Below are positions 63,101-64,000 of a stretch of DNA of 64,000 nt, in pieces; positions within the stretch are counted from its first letter, which is position 1; the number at the start of each line of letters is the position of its first letter. The translations under genes and the position numbers were made by a program. The notes under the pieces are model-generated. The model saw nothing but the letters and a program-made list of their open reading frames with translations, made no database searches and was not told where the DNA came from. This stretch comes from Tubulanus polymorphus (Eukaryota > Animalia > Nemertea), in assembly GCF_964204645.1 (NCBI RefSeq), contig NC_134029.1, positions 15,990,950 through 16,054,949 of the forward strand, in the 5' to 3' direction.

Positions 63101-63362
63101 AGCGACAATTCATTATTTTGGTTTTGTCGCCCGCGACAATTCATTATTTTGGTTTTATATTTTGTTTTTGTCGCCCGCAACAATTTTTTTTTTGGTTTTG
63201 TCGCCCGCGACTATTCATTATTTTGGTTTTATCGCCCACGATAATTCATTATTTTGGTTTTATTGCCCGCGACAATTCATTATTTTGGTTTTGTCGCACG
63301 AGACAATTCATTATTTTGGTTTTATCGCCCGCGACAATTCATTATTTTGGTTTTGTCACCCG
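60120..63362 (+). mobile_element. Head-to-tail HINE A copy lacking the 5' hairpin, with 31-bp satellite at 61150-63362
   Basis: Begins at the (att)n tract right after the previous 3' end; homologous to 45620-46620. Confidence 0.8.
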
Positions 63363-64000
63363 AAGAAAATCTTGAAGACGCTTTGATCAATTATCTTGAT
63401 CTTTCGTTTATATTTGAATCTACCAAAGGCCCATCAGCATAAGAAAATTGGGTCGATCTGACTCAAGATGGCCGTCCTATGACCTTTTTAGTGCCCAAAT
63501 GTCAATTTTGGCCAGAATTCTAGGTCCTGTAGCTTCCTACTAATTTGCCATTTCTCATTGTAATTGCTGATGGATATTCTTTGGAGAGGGATGTTTTATA
63601 CCTGGGACAGGTATTTTTGATCAGCCAATTATGAAGCAATTGGCGGCCATCTTGGTGTCATCAGTACTCATTCGTAGGTGGGAAAAAGTTTTTCCACAAT
63701 CAATTGATACCTAAGCATATTGTGTTACTATATTCAATTGGAAAGTTGTAGCCCATAACGTGTTCTATGATTTTGGTGAGTTTCAAGATCATTGGTTTTG
63801 TATGTGGCCATCAGGGGGCGTTGAATAATACAATAACTTAGTATCGCTATATTATATTTGTACCAAGGCATATTTTGTTACCATGATCAATGGCAAAGTT
63901 GTAGTTCATGACATCGTATATGATTGTGGTGAGTTTTTAAGGACATTAGTTATTCCATATAGTCACCAGGGGGCGTTGAATAGTAGAAAAGCTTAGTTTT
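63363..64000 (+). mobile_element. HINE C internal fragment with 155-bp repeats, runs off the window
   Basis: 63363-63600 matches 56810-57030; 63700-64000 matches the 155-bp unit. Confidence 0.75.

Noticed and set aside
46634-63442. Dozens of MVLSPATIHYFGFIARDN-type ORFs
   Set aside because: Translations of the stop-poor 31-bp satellite in all three frames; no coding evidence.

Overview
AT-rich animal (probably invertebrate) genomic window made almost entirely of nested mobile DNA; I see no host gene. The backbone is three decayed copies of one Polinton/adintovirus-like endogenous virus: A (minus, 1-9395), B (mostly plus, 9395-~34700) and fragments of C (39.6-43.4 kb). They carry protein-primed PolB, putative major and minor capsid proteins, an A32-like packaging ATPase, a chromodomain integrase, several small membrane proteins and an NCLDV-type HNH nuclease; no adenain protease is visible. 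Inserted into them are a young full-length Gypsy element that splits PolB motif B and carries an extra zinc-finger ORF, a MULE-like element holding an inverted Penelope element with hammerhead ribozymes, a spliced MULE transposase remnant, a truncated BEL/Pao element, and non-autonomous Helentron-like elements (HINEs) carrying 31-bp and 155-bp satellites. The most unusual signals are inside the virus: (1) a ~190-240 nt GC-rich RNA-like island with many G-U pairs, an upstream TATA and a TTTT end, facing the HNH gene; (2) a poxvirus-late-like TAAATG start on nearly every gene; (3) a ~24-bp palindromic module encoding AVRHPH[G/S]D in frame in unrelated viral genes. All calls are by eye; no searches were run.
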